Positions 10,473-19,637 of a stretch of 59,166 nucleotides of DNA are shown piece by piece. This DNA comes from Actinomycetota bacterium (GTDB lineage Bacteria > Actinomycetota > Actinomycetes > S36-B12 > UBA5976). A model generated the notes under the pieces. The model was not told the DNA's origin. It did not search any database and saw nothing but the letters and a program-made list of their open reading frames with translations. The DNA lies in assembly GCA_016870575.1 (NCBI GenBank), contig VGBH01000003.1, forward strand, positions 1-59,166, in the 5' to 3' direction. Position 1 is the stretch's first letter. Each line of letters begins with the position of its first letter. Made by a program: the position numbers and the translations under genes.

Positions 10473-10888
10473 TGTTGTTCCGATCGCGCAACTAACACAG
10501 AAGTACTAGTAGTAACTAATTTTTCTTTTGCATCCGATATTCGAGCCACAAAAGTAACGAAGTCATTTCCCATTCGATTCTTGATGTCTGAAATTGTTAA
10601 TGTAACTGTTATCAAGTCGCCAGAAACTAGTGAGCGGGTATGTTCAAATCGCTGTTCAGCGTGTACGACTCTGGCATAGTTTAAGTTCAATCTTGCATCG
10701 TTCATCGCGTGTGTCATCGCTTGCATTACCAACGCTATTGCATATGTTGGTGGAGCAGCTAACACTTTTGCGTACTCAGGAACAGTATCGCCAATTGCCA
10801 AACAGAAATTTTGAATATCTTTAACAGTTATTTGCAGCGGATCGGATGCTGGGTATTCAAACCCAATCATCTCCAGGTTTGCTGCCAC
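10469..10888 (-). CDS. MaoC N-terminal-type (HadA/C-like) dehydratase partner
   Basis: APPTY and RVVHAEQRFEHTRSLVSGD motifs; lies between rpmG and the HadB-like gene. Confidence 0.85.
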   Translation of the reverse strand: MAANLEMIGFEYPASDPLQITVKDIQNFCLAIGDTVPEYAKVLAAPPTYAIALVMQAMTHAMNDARLNLNYARVVHAEQRFEHTRSLVSGDLITVTLTISDIKNRMGNDFVTFVARISDAKEKLVTTSTSVLVARSEQQ

Positions 10889-10900
10889 CTAGACCTGCTG

Positions 10901-11065
10901 TTAACGGGTTTCTTTATGAACCGTATGTTTTTTACAGAATGGGCAGAACTTGGATAGTTCCAATCGATCTGGATCATTACGGCGATTCTTGCGCGTCATA
11001 TAGTTACGGTTCTTACAATCCTGGCAGGCCATCGTAACTTTTGGCCGAACATCACTCTTTGCCAT
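10901..11065 (-). CDS. rpmG: 50S ribosomal protein bL33 (Zn-ribbon C+ form)
   Basis: [22 protein letters not shown]...[16 protein letters not shown]. The true start is the ATG at 11065; the longer track ORF runs into tRNA-Met. Confidence 0.97.
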   Translation of the reverse strand: MAKSDVRPKVTMACQDCKNRNYMTRKNRRNDPDRLELSKFCPFCKKHTVHKETR

Positions 11066-11122
11066 TTCTACCTTCTCAGTCGATCCAGGGGTGAAGTATG
11101 CCTTGACCCGATGCTTATCTTG

Positions 11123-11195
11123 TAGCGAGGGCGGGAGTCGAACCCGCGACACAGCGATTATGAGCCGCTTGCTCTACCTCCTGAGCTACCCCGCT
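11123..11195 (-). tRNA. tRNA-Met (CAT), probably elongator
   Basis: Cloverleaf AGCGGGG...CCTCGCT-A; anticodon arm AGCGG-CT-CAT-AA-TCGCT. The 1:72 pair is formed and the three consecutive G-C anticodon-stem pairs of initiator tRNA are absent. Confidence 0.93.
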
Positions 11196-11218
11196 TTGAT
11201 CAGCCTTGTTGCCGTCAG

Positions 11219-11291
11219 AGCCCCCAAACGGAATCGAACCGTTGACCTTTTCCTTACCATGGAAACGCTCTACCTACTGAGCTATGGGGGC
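11219..11291 (-). tRNA. tRNA-Thr (GGT)
   Basis: Cloverleaf GCCCCCA...TGGGGGC-T; anticodon arm TTTCC-AT-GGT-AA-GGAAA. Confidence 0.97.
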
Positions 11292-11425
11292 AACAGCCCC
11301 GAAGGATACAGGGTCAGCGATAGCAAATTTTGTGACCTCGGTAATTGATACTTTTAGACTGAATGATTTGATTTATGGGTTTGCATTAGGGTCAGCAGGC
11401 GAAAAGCATCATCCAATCGACAAAA

Positions 11426-12080
11426 CTAGTTGCCTTCTTCGTCCCTAACTTTACCTACTATCCACGCAGCTAAAGATGCAGTGATTGAACCAACAACGGC
11501 AATTCCGGTAATCATAAGACCAACTGCAATCCATCTGCCTTCGCTGGATACAGGAAATTTATCTCCATATCCAACTGTTGTTACAGTTACAGCCGCCCAC
11601 CATAAAGAATCTTGAGGAGTCTTAATATTTGCTTGGTTAAGATTTGACTCAACTGGTTAAATGGCACCGGCGGCCAATAAAACAATCAAGACTGCTGCCC
11701 CAGAAACATAATAGGGAACGCTTACATAAATTTGCCTTCTAGCATTACCAATAACTCTCTCAAACATAAACAAAATTCTTAATGCCCTTAGTGGTCTAAG
11801 ATGGGGTATTAGAACTAGTAGCAATTCGATTGGATGTGAACGTACAAATCTGAGTCTATTTTCTGCCAGACCTAACATTATAAAATAATCAATAGCAAAA
11901 ATAATCCAAATAATGTTATTAAAAAAGGCAAACTCTTTAGATCCAAAATTGTAAACAGAATATTTGAACGCCTCACCGAGAAACGTAAAAAGAAACAATA
12001 ATGCGAGAATTGTTAAGGGAACTAAAGTCCATTTCTGATAGCGCTCAAGTTTATTTAATTCTAAATCAACCGCCCGTCAT
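11426..12080 (-). pseudogene. Disrupted potassium channel (sensor-like TM domain plus TVGYG pore)
   Basis: Sensor-like region ELLLVLIPHLRPLRALR, then an in-frame TAA at 11657-11659, then SLWWAAVTVTTVGYGDKFP...* (TAG at 11426-11428). The ATG at 12080 is out of frame by one base. Confidence 0.85.
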
Positions 12081-12189
12081 TCTGGTTAATCTAGCCCTAG
12101 TATAGATAGCCCGATAACCTAAAAACTTACCCAGATTGCCTCTATTTTACAACGTGGTCAAAACTCGATTAGCAAAAAGAATAATCTTT

Positions 12190-13782
12190 CTATTTATCGG
12201 GGCAAGTTACTTCGGAACTTGGGAGTTCTCCAGTTGAAAAGAATGCCGTTATCTGCTCAGTTAGGCATTTATTGCCATTGAAGGCAACCGCGTGTCCAGT
12301 GCCTTCAAATACAACTAATGGAGACTTTAGTTTCTCAGCAACTTCGATAGCTCCAGCGTAAGGCGTTACGTTATCTCCCTTTGAAGTAATAATCAGTAGT
12401 TGCTTTCCTGATTCATTAACTGGTCCTAGTGCCTTTGCAGGGGGATCAGGAATGCCATTATCTTCAAATGCGAGCCAGGTCCATTCACATCCTTGCTTCT
12501 TGGGAATCCAAAAATACTCATTAATTGGCGTATATAAGTAATGCACCAACGGGGCTACTGATTTATATTCAGCATCAAATTCGCGCAATTCAGATTCAGT
12601 ATCAAACTCCCTTGAATCTATGTCCATACAGTTGACTATTTGTAGGATTTCATTTGAGTTTGATCGCTCTCTGGTTTCTGGCTCATAACCGTTATGAAGC
12701 AACCCATAATATTCAAAAATCCAACTATCATTCTTTTCAATTAGTTCAACCATGCCGCGTCGAAACTCTTCATAAATATCATCAAGCTCAAAATATGTCA
12801 TTTGAAAAATTCCATCAAAAATCAAATTTGCGCTTGCAACTGTGGAATCAGGATTTGAATGAGACTTCTCCAACCCCCAATAACCCAGCACTTTACCTTC
12901 GTCTGCTGCAACCATTTTGTTCTTTATTAACTCAGCAACTTCCATCACAGATGCGCCTGGACATTTTGCGTCCTCAGCACAAGCCGCAAACAAACGTTCC
13001 AAAGCAGCGTCAATTCCTTTACCTTGCTGAAGAGAATCTTCTTTGCTGTCTAATCCAATCAGAACTGGGCTATCAAGCATTAATTTGCCAACTTTGTCTG
13101 GAAATGCTCTTAGATATTCCATTGCAAGTGTCGTTCCATAAGACGATCCGATGAAATTTAGTGGGGCTTTAGTTAAAACCTCACGCATTACCTCAATATC
13201 TTGAACAGTGTTTTGAGTGTTTATGCTCCACCAAAATGGATTATCTTCAGCACATTCTTCAACAAAATCGAATGCTACGGTTTCAGTTTCTGTCGCCTCA
13301 GTTTGCGAATCAACATAAAAGTCGTTAGCAAAATAAGATTCAAAATCATCTTCATCATCACATCTAACAGGAGAGGAAAATCCAACCCCTCTTGGATCAA
13401 ATCCGACTACAAAATACCCCTCGTCCAACACAGCTGGGAAATCGTTATATTGAATTGATTCAATTCCAGAAGCTCCAGGTCCCCCTGGATTGTAAAAAAC
13501 AAATGGGTTGCTTGAATTTCCAATTCCCATCATCGCAACCGTCAAGGTTCCAAGCGATGTGTCTTCATATGACACTGGAACTTCAACTTCAGTGCAGACG
13601 GCCTTACTCCTTGTAAAATCTTCTGCTAGATAGTCAGACTCTAGGAAATAGTTATCAGGACATTTAACCCACTCGACACTCTGATTCATAAATTCTGACT
13701 TATCAACATTACTTGAATTTGTTGCACTACTGCAGCTCGCTAGCGCTAGACCCAAAACGAATAACTTGATACTAATTCGCAT
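12190..13782 (-). CDS. Secreted alpha/beta hydrolase lipoprotein (TAP-like peptidase family)
   Basis: Lipobox LAS-C; NPGGPGASG, FDPRGVG, nucleophile GSSYG, D in GDNVTPY and H in GTGHA. Confidence 0.88.
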   Translation of the reverse strand: MRISIKLFVLGLALASCSSATNSSNVDKSEFMNQSVEWVKCPDNYFLESDYLAEDFTRSKAVCTEVEVPVSYEDTSLGTLTVAMMGIGNSSNPFVFYNPGGPGASGIESIQYNDFPAVLDEGYFVVGFDPRGVGFSSPVRCDDEDDFESYFANDFYVDSQTEATETETVAFDFVEECAEDNPFWWSINTQNTVQDIEVMREVLTKAPLNFIGSSYGTTLAMEYLRAFPDKVGKLMLDSPVLIGLDSKEDSLQQGKGIDAALERLFAACAEDAKCPGASVMEVAELIKNKMVAADEGKVLGYWGLEKSHSNPDSTVASANLIFDGIFQMTYFELDDIYEEFRRGMVELIEKNDSWIFEYYGLLHNGYEPETRERSNSNEILQIVNCMDIDSREFDTESELREFDAEYKSVAPLVHYLYTPINEYFWIPKKQGCEWTWLAFEDNGIPDPPAKALGPVNESGKQLLIITSKGDNVTPYAGAIEVAEKLKSPLVVFEGTGHAVAFNGNKCLTEQITAFFSTGELPSSEVTCPDK

Positions 13783-14010
13783 CAATTCCCCCTTGGGATA
13801 TTTGTAGCAGGCTAGTCAGACAATTTTCGCAGTGCGCGAAACATAGCAGCAAAAATTGTCATACTGGCTTGGTATCTTGTTGTCGCTTGAGAAAACAACC
13901 AAAGTCCTTTGGCTGGTTGTTTGCCAACCGGTTGCTCAACACGGTGGCTCCAGAGGTAAAGCAGTCTGAGAGCAATAGTTCTTGGAACATTTGAGCGTAA
14001 AGGATAAAAA

Positions 14011-14915
14011 ATGCCAAAAGTGTTATTAGTTCATAGTAAGAAGTATCAAAACTGGGTATTCAGTTCCGGTCACCCAACCCAAGGCCGAAGATTCCAAATA
14101 GCTGCTGATTACTTGGTGGGTGCCGCAGATACTGATTCAGAGTTTCAATTAGATATCAGAGAACCAAGATTGGCTATGAAAGGAGAACTTGAATTAGTTC
14201 ATGACACTGAATTCATTGTGGATGTGCTGACTAATGGTGTTAGTTGGGAGTGGGAGGGTCAGCGAACAGATCTCGCCGAGTTGGCTTCACTTTTCGTTGG
14301 AGGAACTCTTGTTGCCCTAGATGGATTGATGAACGGAGAGGTTGAAGTGGCAGTCAACTTTCCTGGTGCAAAACATCACGCCCAGCGAAATCATTCGTGT
14401 GGATTTTGCGTGTTTCATGATTTTGCAATAGCTGCAAAGATTGCAACGGCGAGAGGGTATCGAGTAGCAATTTTTGATTTAGATGCGCATCACGGTGATG
14501 GCACTCAAGAATTGTTGCGAAATGAACAGGTACTAACTTATTCAGTTCATGACAAAACCATATTTCCAGGAACTGGATTTTTTAACGAACCTGAATTTCT
14601 CATATACAAAAGCCGCTAGATGCTTACTCGGGCGATTTTGACTTGGAGTTGGCTGTGGGCGAATTTAATCAACTAGCAACCGATTTTGGAGCTACGATGA
14701 TTTTCATTGCCGCGGGGGCCGATGGACACATCTCAGATCCATTATCAACACTAAATTATTCAGTAGACGGAATTGTTTCCGCAGGTCAGGCAATAAAAGC
14801 TCATTTTCCAAAAACTCCATTTTTGATTGGTGGTGCGGGTGGATATCAACCTGACACTCATACACCTGAAATTTGGAGCAAAATGGTGTTTGGTTTAGCT
14901 ACGTTAGAAAACTAG
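14011..14915 (+). pseudogene. Frameshifted Zn-dependent deacetylase (HDAC/AcuC family)
   Basis: HHA...GFCVFHD and DLDAHHGDG lie in the first ORF; GADGHISDPLS and GAGGY lie in the second. Adding one base in the AAAA run at 14608-14611 joins them as IY(K)KPLDAYSGDFDLELAV. Confidence 0.85.
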
Positions 14916-14925
14916 GTGGTGTGAG

Positions 14926-15093
14926 ATGTCACTTTCTCGTCAACAAAAACTTCGAATCATCCAACAAGTACATAGTGATTGGTGGGATGAGCACCCTGAA
15001 GTTGAATATGGTGAACTAGGTAGCGAAGAAGCCGAAGCTGAGTTGTTAAACCGAATTAATCGCGCTCTTGCCATTTTCGAAGAGCCCATTTGA
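14926..15093 (+). CDS. Small acidic hypothetical protein (55 aa; below the ORF-track cutoff)
   Basis: MSLSRQQKLRIIQQVHSDWWDEHPEVEYGELGSEEAEAELLNRINRALAIFEEPI*; AGGTGG SD-like sequence upstream; fills the gap between the deacetylase and tRNA-Tyr. Confidence 0.6.
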   Translation: MSLSRQQKLRIIQQVHSDWWDEHPEVEYGELGSEEAEAELLNRINRALAIFEEPI

Positions 15094-15138
15094 GGTTCAT
15101 CTAATAAAGATGCCATAAACAGATTTATGTAGCTTGAG

Positions 15139-15221
15139 TGGTAGGTAGTGGATTTGAACCACTGAAGGCATAAGCCGGCGGATTTACAGTCCGCTCCCAT
15201 TGGCCGCTCGGGCAACCTACC
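15139..15221 (-). tRNA. tRNA-Tyr (GTA)
   Basis: GGTAGGT...ACCTACC-A; anticodon arm GCGGA-CT-GTA-AA-TCCGC; long variable arm. Confidence 0.97.
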
Positions 15222-15282
15222 AAGATGGCGAAGGCTACACGAGCGACAGCACCTTCAAATCAAGGCCTAGGATTGCACAGTT

Positions 15283-16194
15283 ATGTCCCGCACCCCACAA
15301 CAAGATGAGCGTTATGGCGTAATTACGGGATTAAGTGCATATTTGATGTGGGGACTGCTACCCTTATTTTGGCCACTACTAAAACCAGCAGTTGCATTTG
15401 AAATCTTAGGACACCGAATCATTTGGAGTTTGTTGTTTGTCATAGTTTTGATGTACCTAACCCACAGCTGGCCAGTTGTTAAGCAAACATTAAAGGATCA
15501 TAAACGTTTATGGTTGATTGTTCTTGCTAGTTTTTTTGTTGCAACAAACTGGGGTGTCTACATCTGGGCAGTTAATGATAATCACGTGGTTGAAACTTCG
15601 CTTGGTTACTTTATAAATCCTCTTGTATCTGTTTTGATTGGTACAGTGTTTTTCCAAGAAAAACTTAGAACATTCCAAAAAGTTGCAGTTGGAATCGCAG
15701 CATTAGCAGTAATAGTTCTAAGTTTTGATTACGGTCGATTGCCTTGGATAGCTTTAGTTTTGGCTGCTTCTTTTGGTATTTATGGAGGACTTAAAAAACA
15801 AATAAATCTACCAGCAATTCCTGGGTTAATGATGGAAACTATCTTGCTTTTGCCAATCACACTTATTTACTTAAGTTGGTTGTATCAAAGCTCCGAAGCA
15901 GTATTGTTTTCAAGTTCAACATTGCTCGTATTGGCAATTGTTTCTGGTCCATTAACTGCATTACCGTTACTACTATTTGGAACAGCGACTACAAGAGTGC
16001 CACTAACTTGGCTTGGTGTTATGCAATATGTTGCTCCAACTTTGCAATTCATTATTGGAGTAACCGTATTTGGCGAATCACTGAGCACAATAAAGGTAGT
16101 TGGGTTTTTAATTGTCTGGAGTGCGCTTGCAATATTTTCTTTTGATGCCTGGCGGGCTTCAAGAATTAAATCAAACTTAAACTTAACCCAATAA
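15283..16194 (+). CDS. rarD: EamA-family transporter RarD
   Basis: AYLMWGLLPLFW, HRIIWS, SLGYFINPL and LQFIIGV motifs; about 10 TM segments. Confidence 0.92.
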   Translation: MSRTPQQDERYGVITGLSAYLMWGLLPLFWPLLKPAVAFEILGHRIIWSLLFVIVLMYLTHSWPVVKQTLKDHKRLWLIVLASFFVATNWGVYIWAVNDNHVVETSLGYFINPLVSVLIGTVFFQEKLRTFQKVAVGIAALAVIVLSFDYGRLPWIALVLAASFGIYGGLKKQINLPAIPGLMMETILLLPITLIYLSWLYQSSEAVLFSSSTLLVLAIVSGPLTALPLLLFGTATTRVPLTWLGVMQYVAPTLQFIIGVTVFGESLSTIKVVGFLIVWSALAIFSFDAWRASRIKSNLNLTQ

Positions 16195-16214
16195 CCTATC
16201 GGATTTTGATAGAT

Positions 16215-16988
16215 TTAAAGATTAGCAGTTAATCCGCCATCGATAAGAAAAGCTGATCCGACAACGAAACTAGCATCATCGGAAGCCAAATAGGTAATGC
16301 CAGCAGCAATTTCTTTTGGATCAGCCGTTCTTCCCAATACTTTAGGGTCTTGCACGAACCCCAATTCATCAAGGGATTTTCCAACTGAGGCCGCGTGCTT
16401 TCGTGACATCGCAGTGTTCACGCCGCCAACTACAACTGAATTTACCCGAATACCGTCTTGAATGTAGTCAATTGCCATCTGTCTACTTAGTGCAACAACA
16501 GCGCCCTTGCTAGCTGCATAGACTGGAACTGAGTCCATAGTCGCAAACGCATGAACAGATGCGATGTTGGTAATCGATCCACCGTTTGCTCGCATATGAG
16601 GAATACAATACTTAGAGGTGAGATAAATTGATTTGACGTTTACCGCCATCACTTTATCCCAAACATCTTCTGGTAAATCTTCAACTTTATGATAATCAAA
16701 TATAGCTGCATTGTTTACTAAAACATCTATGCGAGTGCTCGATTTGGCAATTTGATCAATAACTTTTTTTACAGCATCATGATTAGAAACGTCCACTTGC
16801 AAAAAAAGGACTTTATTTCCCTTTGATTGTTGATCAGCTTGCCAAGCTTCGCCTTGAGCTTTATCTAGCCCAAGTCCGTATACCTCAGCTCCTTCTTCTG
16901 CAAAACGAGTTGCCGTTGCATTGCCAATGCCAGACTCTGCTCCTGTAACGATACATACTTTTCCTAAGAATCGATTTGGAATTATCAA
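16215..16988 (-). CDS. Short-chain dehydrogenase/reductase (SDR)
   Basis: TGAESGIG, NNAA, catalytic YAASK and IDGG. Confidence 0.93.
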   Translation of the reverse strand: MIIPNRFLGKVCIVTGAESGIGNATATRFAEEGAEVYGLGLDKAQGEAWQADQQSKGNKVLFLQVDVSNHDAVKKVIDQIAKSSTRIDVLVNNAAIFDYHKVEDLPEDVWDKVMAVNVKSIYLTSKYCIPHMRANGGSITNIASVHAFATMDSVPVYAASKGAVVALSRQMAIDYIQDGIRVNSVVVGGVNTAMSRKHAASVGKSLDELGFVQDPKVLGRTADPKEIAAGITYLASDDASFVVGSAFLIDGGLTANL

Positions 16989-16989
16989 G

Positions 16990-17970
16990 CTAACTTACCT
17001 TTCGCCGTAACTGCTCAACCACCAAAGTTGCGAGCACAATTCCACCAGTTATAACTGTCTGCCACCATGGATCAATTCCGACCGCAACCATTCCGCTTGC
17101 AATTGTTTGCATCAACGCTAAACCAAATAACAAACCAATAATGGTGCCTCTACCGCCAAAAAGACTTGTTCCGCCAAGAACAATCGCAGCAATTGCGGTT
17201 AGTTCCCATCCTGATCCAAGTGAGAAATAAATGGAACCGAAATGCAACACGCTAACAGCTCCTGCCAGTCCAGCTCCAGCTCCCGTTAACGCAAACAAAA
17301 TTGTTTTAACTCGCTTAACTTGAGTACCGCTTGTCCTAGCTGCTTCTTTGTTGCTGCCAATGGAAGCTATAACTACACCAAAGTGTGTTCGCTTTAAAAC
17401 TATATGTCCGACAACTATCATCACTACCAGCACAATTATGCTGAAGTTAGATAAAAAGAATGATTCTTGAAAATCAATACCCTGCTCAGCCCACGAATCA
17501 CGATAGCCGGGAATTGGTTTACCTCCCGGTATGTAAGTAGCCAAACTTTTAGCGATAAACAGCATTGCAATAGTTGCAATAAATGAGGGTACATTTCCAA
17601 CCAAAACAACAAAAGCATTGATAAGACCAATGATTAGACCAACAAGTACACCAATTAGCAAACCTGACCAAGGCGAACGATCATCTGCAACACCTTCACC
17701 GCCCACAACATACTGTGCAGCAAGTGTGCCTGCTAACGCAGCATTAGCACCTACTGAGATGTCAAACTCACCCGCTGTAATGAGGATAGTTAAAAATACC
17801 GCCGCAATTCCAACGAAAACGAGACCTTGAATTACTGAACGGATACTCGCTCCATTTATGAAGGCTGGGTTTTGCACGGCAAAAATTGCCACGACAGCGA
17901 TCAAAAAGACTGCTCGCAATAAACTGGATTTCAGATTATCTGACAAACCTCTTGCGGTAGTTGTCGTCAC
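16990..17970 (-). CDS. Sugar ABC transporter permease (RbsC-like)
   Basis: GEFDISVG, VPSFIATIAM, SIGSNKEAARTSG and ELTAIAAIVLGGTSLFGGRG. Confidence 0.93.
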   Translation of the reverse strand: MTTTTARGLSDNLKSSLLRAVFLIAVVAIFAVQNPAFINGASIRSVIQGLVFVGIAAVFLTILITAGEFDISVGANAALAGTLAAQYVVGGEGVADDRSPWSGLLIGVLVGLIIGLINAFVVLVGNVPSFIATIAMLFIAKSLATYIPGGKPIPGYRDSWAEQGIDFQESFFLSNFSIIVLVVMIVVGHIVLKRTHFGVVIASIGSNKEAARTSGTQVKRVKTILFALTGAGAGLAGAVSVLHFGSIYFSLGSGWELTAIAAIVLGGTSLFGGRGTIIGLLFGLALMQTIASGMVAVGIDPWWQTVITGGIVLATLVVEQLRRKVS

Positions 17971-17999
17971 TTTAAACCCCTTTACTTCCGATAGTCTTA

Positions 18000-19547
18000 T
18001 TAATTTTTTGAATCATTACCTGCGCCAATTGCCATTAACATCAATGCTTTTTCGTTTTCTAAGCCGCCAGCCATCTCGCCTACAAGTTGGCCACCGCTAA
18101 ACACAATAACTCGATGACTCATAGCAAGAAGTTCAGGGAATTCACTAGAAATTAGAAGCACTGCATAACCCTGCTTGGCATATTCAGCAATTGTTTTATA
18201 AATCTCAGCCTTTGATGCGATATCCACACCCTTAGTTGGCTCATCTAACATCAGGATGCTTGGTTTAGTGATTAGTGATTTTCCAAGCACAACCTTTTGT
18301 TGATTTCCACCACTTAAGCTAGAAATCGGAGCATCTAGATTCTGTGGTATTACTTGCAGATTTTCAAGATAAACCCGAGCTTTGCTTTTTTCGGCAGCTT
18401 TCATTAAGAAAGATAGATTAGTTAAGAACTTCAAAATACTTGCTGTGAAATTTTCTTTAATCGCTAAGTTGAAGAATAATCCTTCTGCCTTGCGGTCTTC
18501 AGTAATGTATCCAAAACCATGAGAAATTGATTCAGATACACTTCTTGTTTTTATCGGATTTCCTTGTACATGAACTTCGCCGCCTAAAATCTTGTAATGT
18601 CCGAACAAAGATTTAACAATCTCTGATCTACCTGAGCCTACCAATCCACCAATACCTAAAATCTCACCTTGTCTGAGTTCAAAAGAAAATGGATTTAGTA
18701 AGGGTTCACCAGGTTTTCTCGGGTTTCCAACAACAAGATCAATTACTTTCAGCACAACTGGTGCTTCATTGCCCACTCGTTGTTGTGGTGGATACAAATC
18801 TCCAAGGTCTCGTCCAATCATATGCGAGACCAAAACATCAACTTCAAATTCAGAGCGATCTACTTGGCAAACAATTTGGCCGTCGCGAAGAATAGAAACA
18901 GTGTCACATAACTCAATTATTTCATCCATTTTATGCGTAATAAATACAGTCGTTATTCCAAGAGACTTTAAGGTTCTAGTAACAGCAAAAAGGTTTTTAA
19001 TCTCATCCCCAGTTAATGATGAGGTTGGTTCATCTAGCACCAAAACCTGAGGCTGGAGATAAATTGCGCGTGCAATCATCAAAATTTGTTTTTCTGCAAG
19101 AGTCAATGAAGATGCCAGTTTATCTGGTTGTAGTGGAATGTTATAAGAGTTCAAAAACTCAGAAACCTTTGCTAACGCACCTGACTTGTCGTATGGTTTT
19201 AGCGGACTCTTGGACATTTCTGGCAATAAAATATTTTCAGCAACATTCAGAGTATCTGCAACTGTTGTCTCTTGCGGCACAATCGAAATGCCTACTGCTT
19301 GGGCATCTAATGTGGAATTTAGTTCAACGGGATTACCATCAATAACAATCTGACCCGTAAAACTCCCAGCTGGATAAAGACCGCTTAGAATTTTCATCAA
19401 GGTTGATTTGCCCGCACCATTTTGTCCAATGAGGCCGTGGATTGTCCCTTTTTTGACCCTGAGGTCAACATTACTTAGAGCAATTGTGTTACCAAATGAT
19501 TTACTGATGTCAATCATTTCTAGAGCGTATTGTGAATTACTTGTCAT
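18000..19547 (-). CDS. Sugar ABC transporter ATP-binding protein (tandem ABC, RbsA-like)
   Basis: GQNGAGKST, LDEPTSSL, YITEDRKAEG, LSGGNQQKV and LDEPTKGVD. Confidence 0.95.
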   Translation of the reverse strand: MTSNSQYALEMIDISKSFGNTIALSNVDLRVKKGTIHGLIGQNGAGKSTLMKILSGLYPAGSFTGQIVIDGNPVELNSTLDAQAVGISIVPQETTVADTLNVAENILLPEMSKSPLKPYDKSGALAKVSEFLNSYNIPLQPDKLASSLTLAEKQILMIARAIYLQPQVLVLDEPTSSLTGDEIKNLFAVTRTLKSLGITTVFITHKMDEIIELCDTVSILRDGQIVCQVDRSEFEVDVLVSHMIGRDLGDLYPPQQRVGNEAPVVLKVIDLVVGNPRKPGEPLLNPFSFELRQGEILGIGGLVGSGRSEIVKSLFGHYKILGGEVHVQGNPIKTRSVSESISHGFGYITEDRKAEGLFFNLAIKENFTASILKFLTNLSFLMKAAEKSKARVYLENLQVIPQNLDAPISSLSGGNQQKVVLGKSLITKPSILMLDEPTKGVDIASKAEIYKTIAEYAKQGYAVLLISSEFPELLAMSHRVIVFSGGQLVGEMAGGLENEKALMLMAIGAGNDSKN

Positions 19548-19572
19548 TTATCCAATTCCTCCAGATTAAAGA

Positions 19573-19612
19573 ATGGTCAGGTGGCCGTAACTTTTTACAG
19601 CCACCTGACCAT
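19573..19612. repeat. Inverted repeat / stem-loop between the SBP and ATPase genes
   Basis: Perfect 13-bp arms ATGGTCAGGTGGC / GCCACCTGACCAT. Confidence 0.85.
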
Positions 19613-19637
19613 GTCAGATTGTTAAGTGAAACGTGAC

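Noticed and set aside
10901-11152. 83-aa extended rpmG from the ORF track
   Set aside because: The extension overlaps tRNA-Met; the true start is the ATG at 11065 with an SD.
11657-11659. Stop-codon recoding (Sec/Pyl or alternative code) in the K+ channel
   Set aside because: The codon is TAA, which is the normal stop of many intact genes here, and the gene has a second independent lesion.
13887-13960. Superficial resemblance to a SAM-I/IV riboswitch core (UUGAG, P2-like hairpin, GCCAACC...GGUUGC, CGGUGG)
   Set aside because: The core differs from GCAACC...GGUGC, the would-be P3 has no loop (CAACCGGTTG is contiguous), and the downstream gene is not sulfur-related.
11292-15138. Possible integrative element at tRNA-Tyr
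   Set aside because: No integrase, no duplicated tRNA 3' end (att) and no terminal repeats were seen; kept only as a variable patch.
14940-15215. 91-aa minus-strand ORF
   Set aside because: It starts inside tRNA-Tyr; the plus-strand 55-aa ORF explains the interval better.
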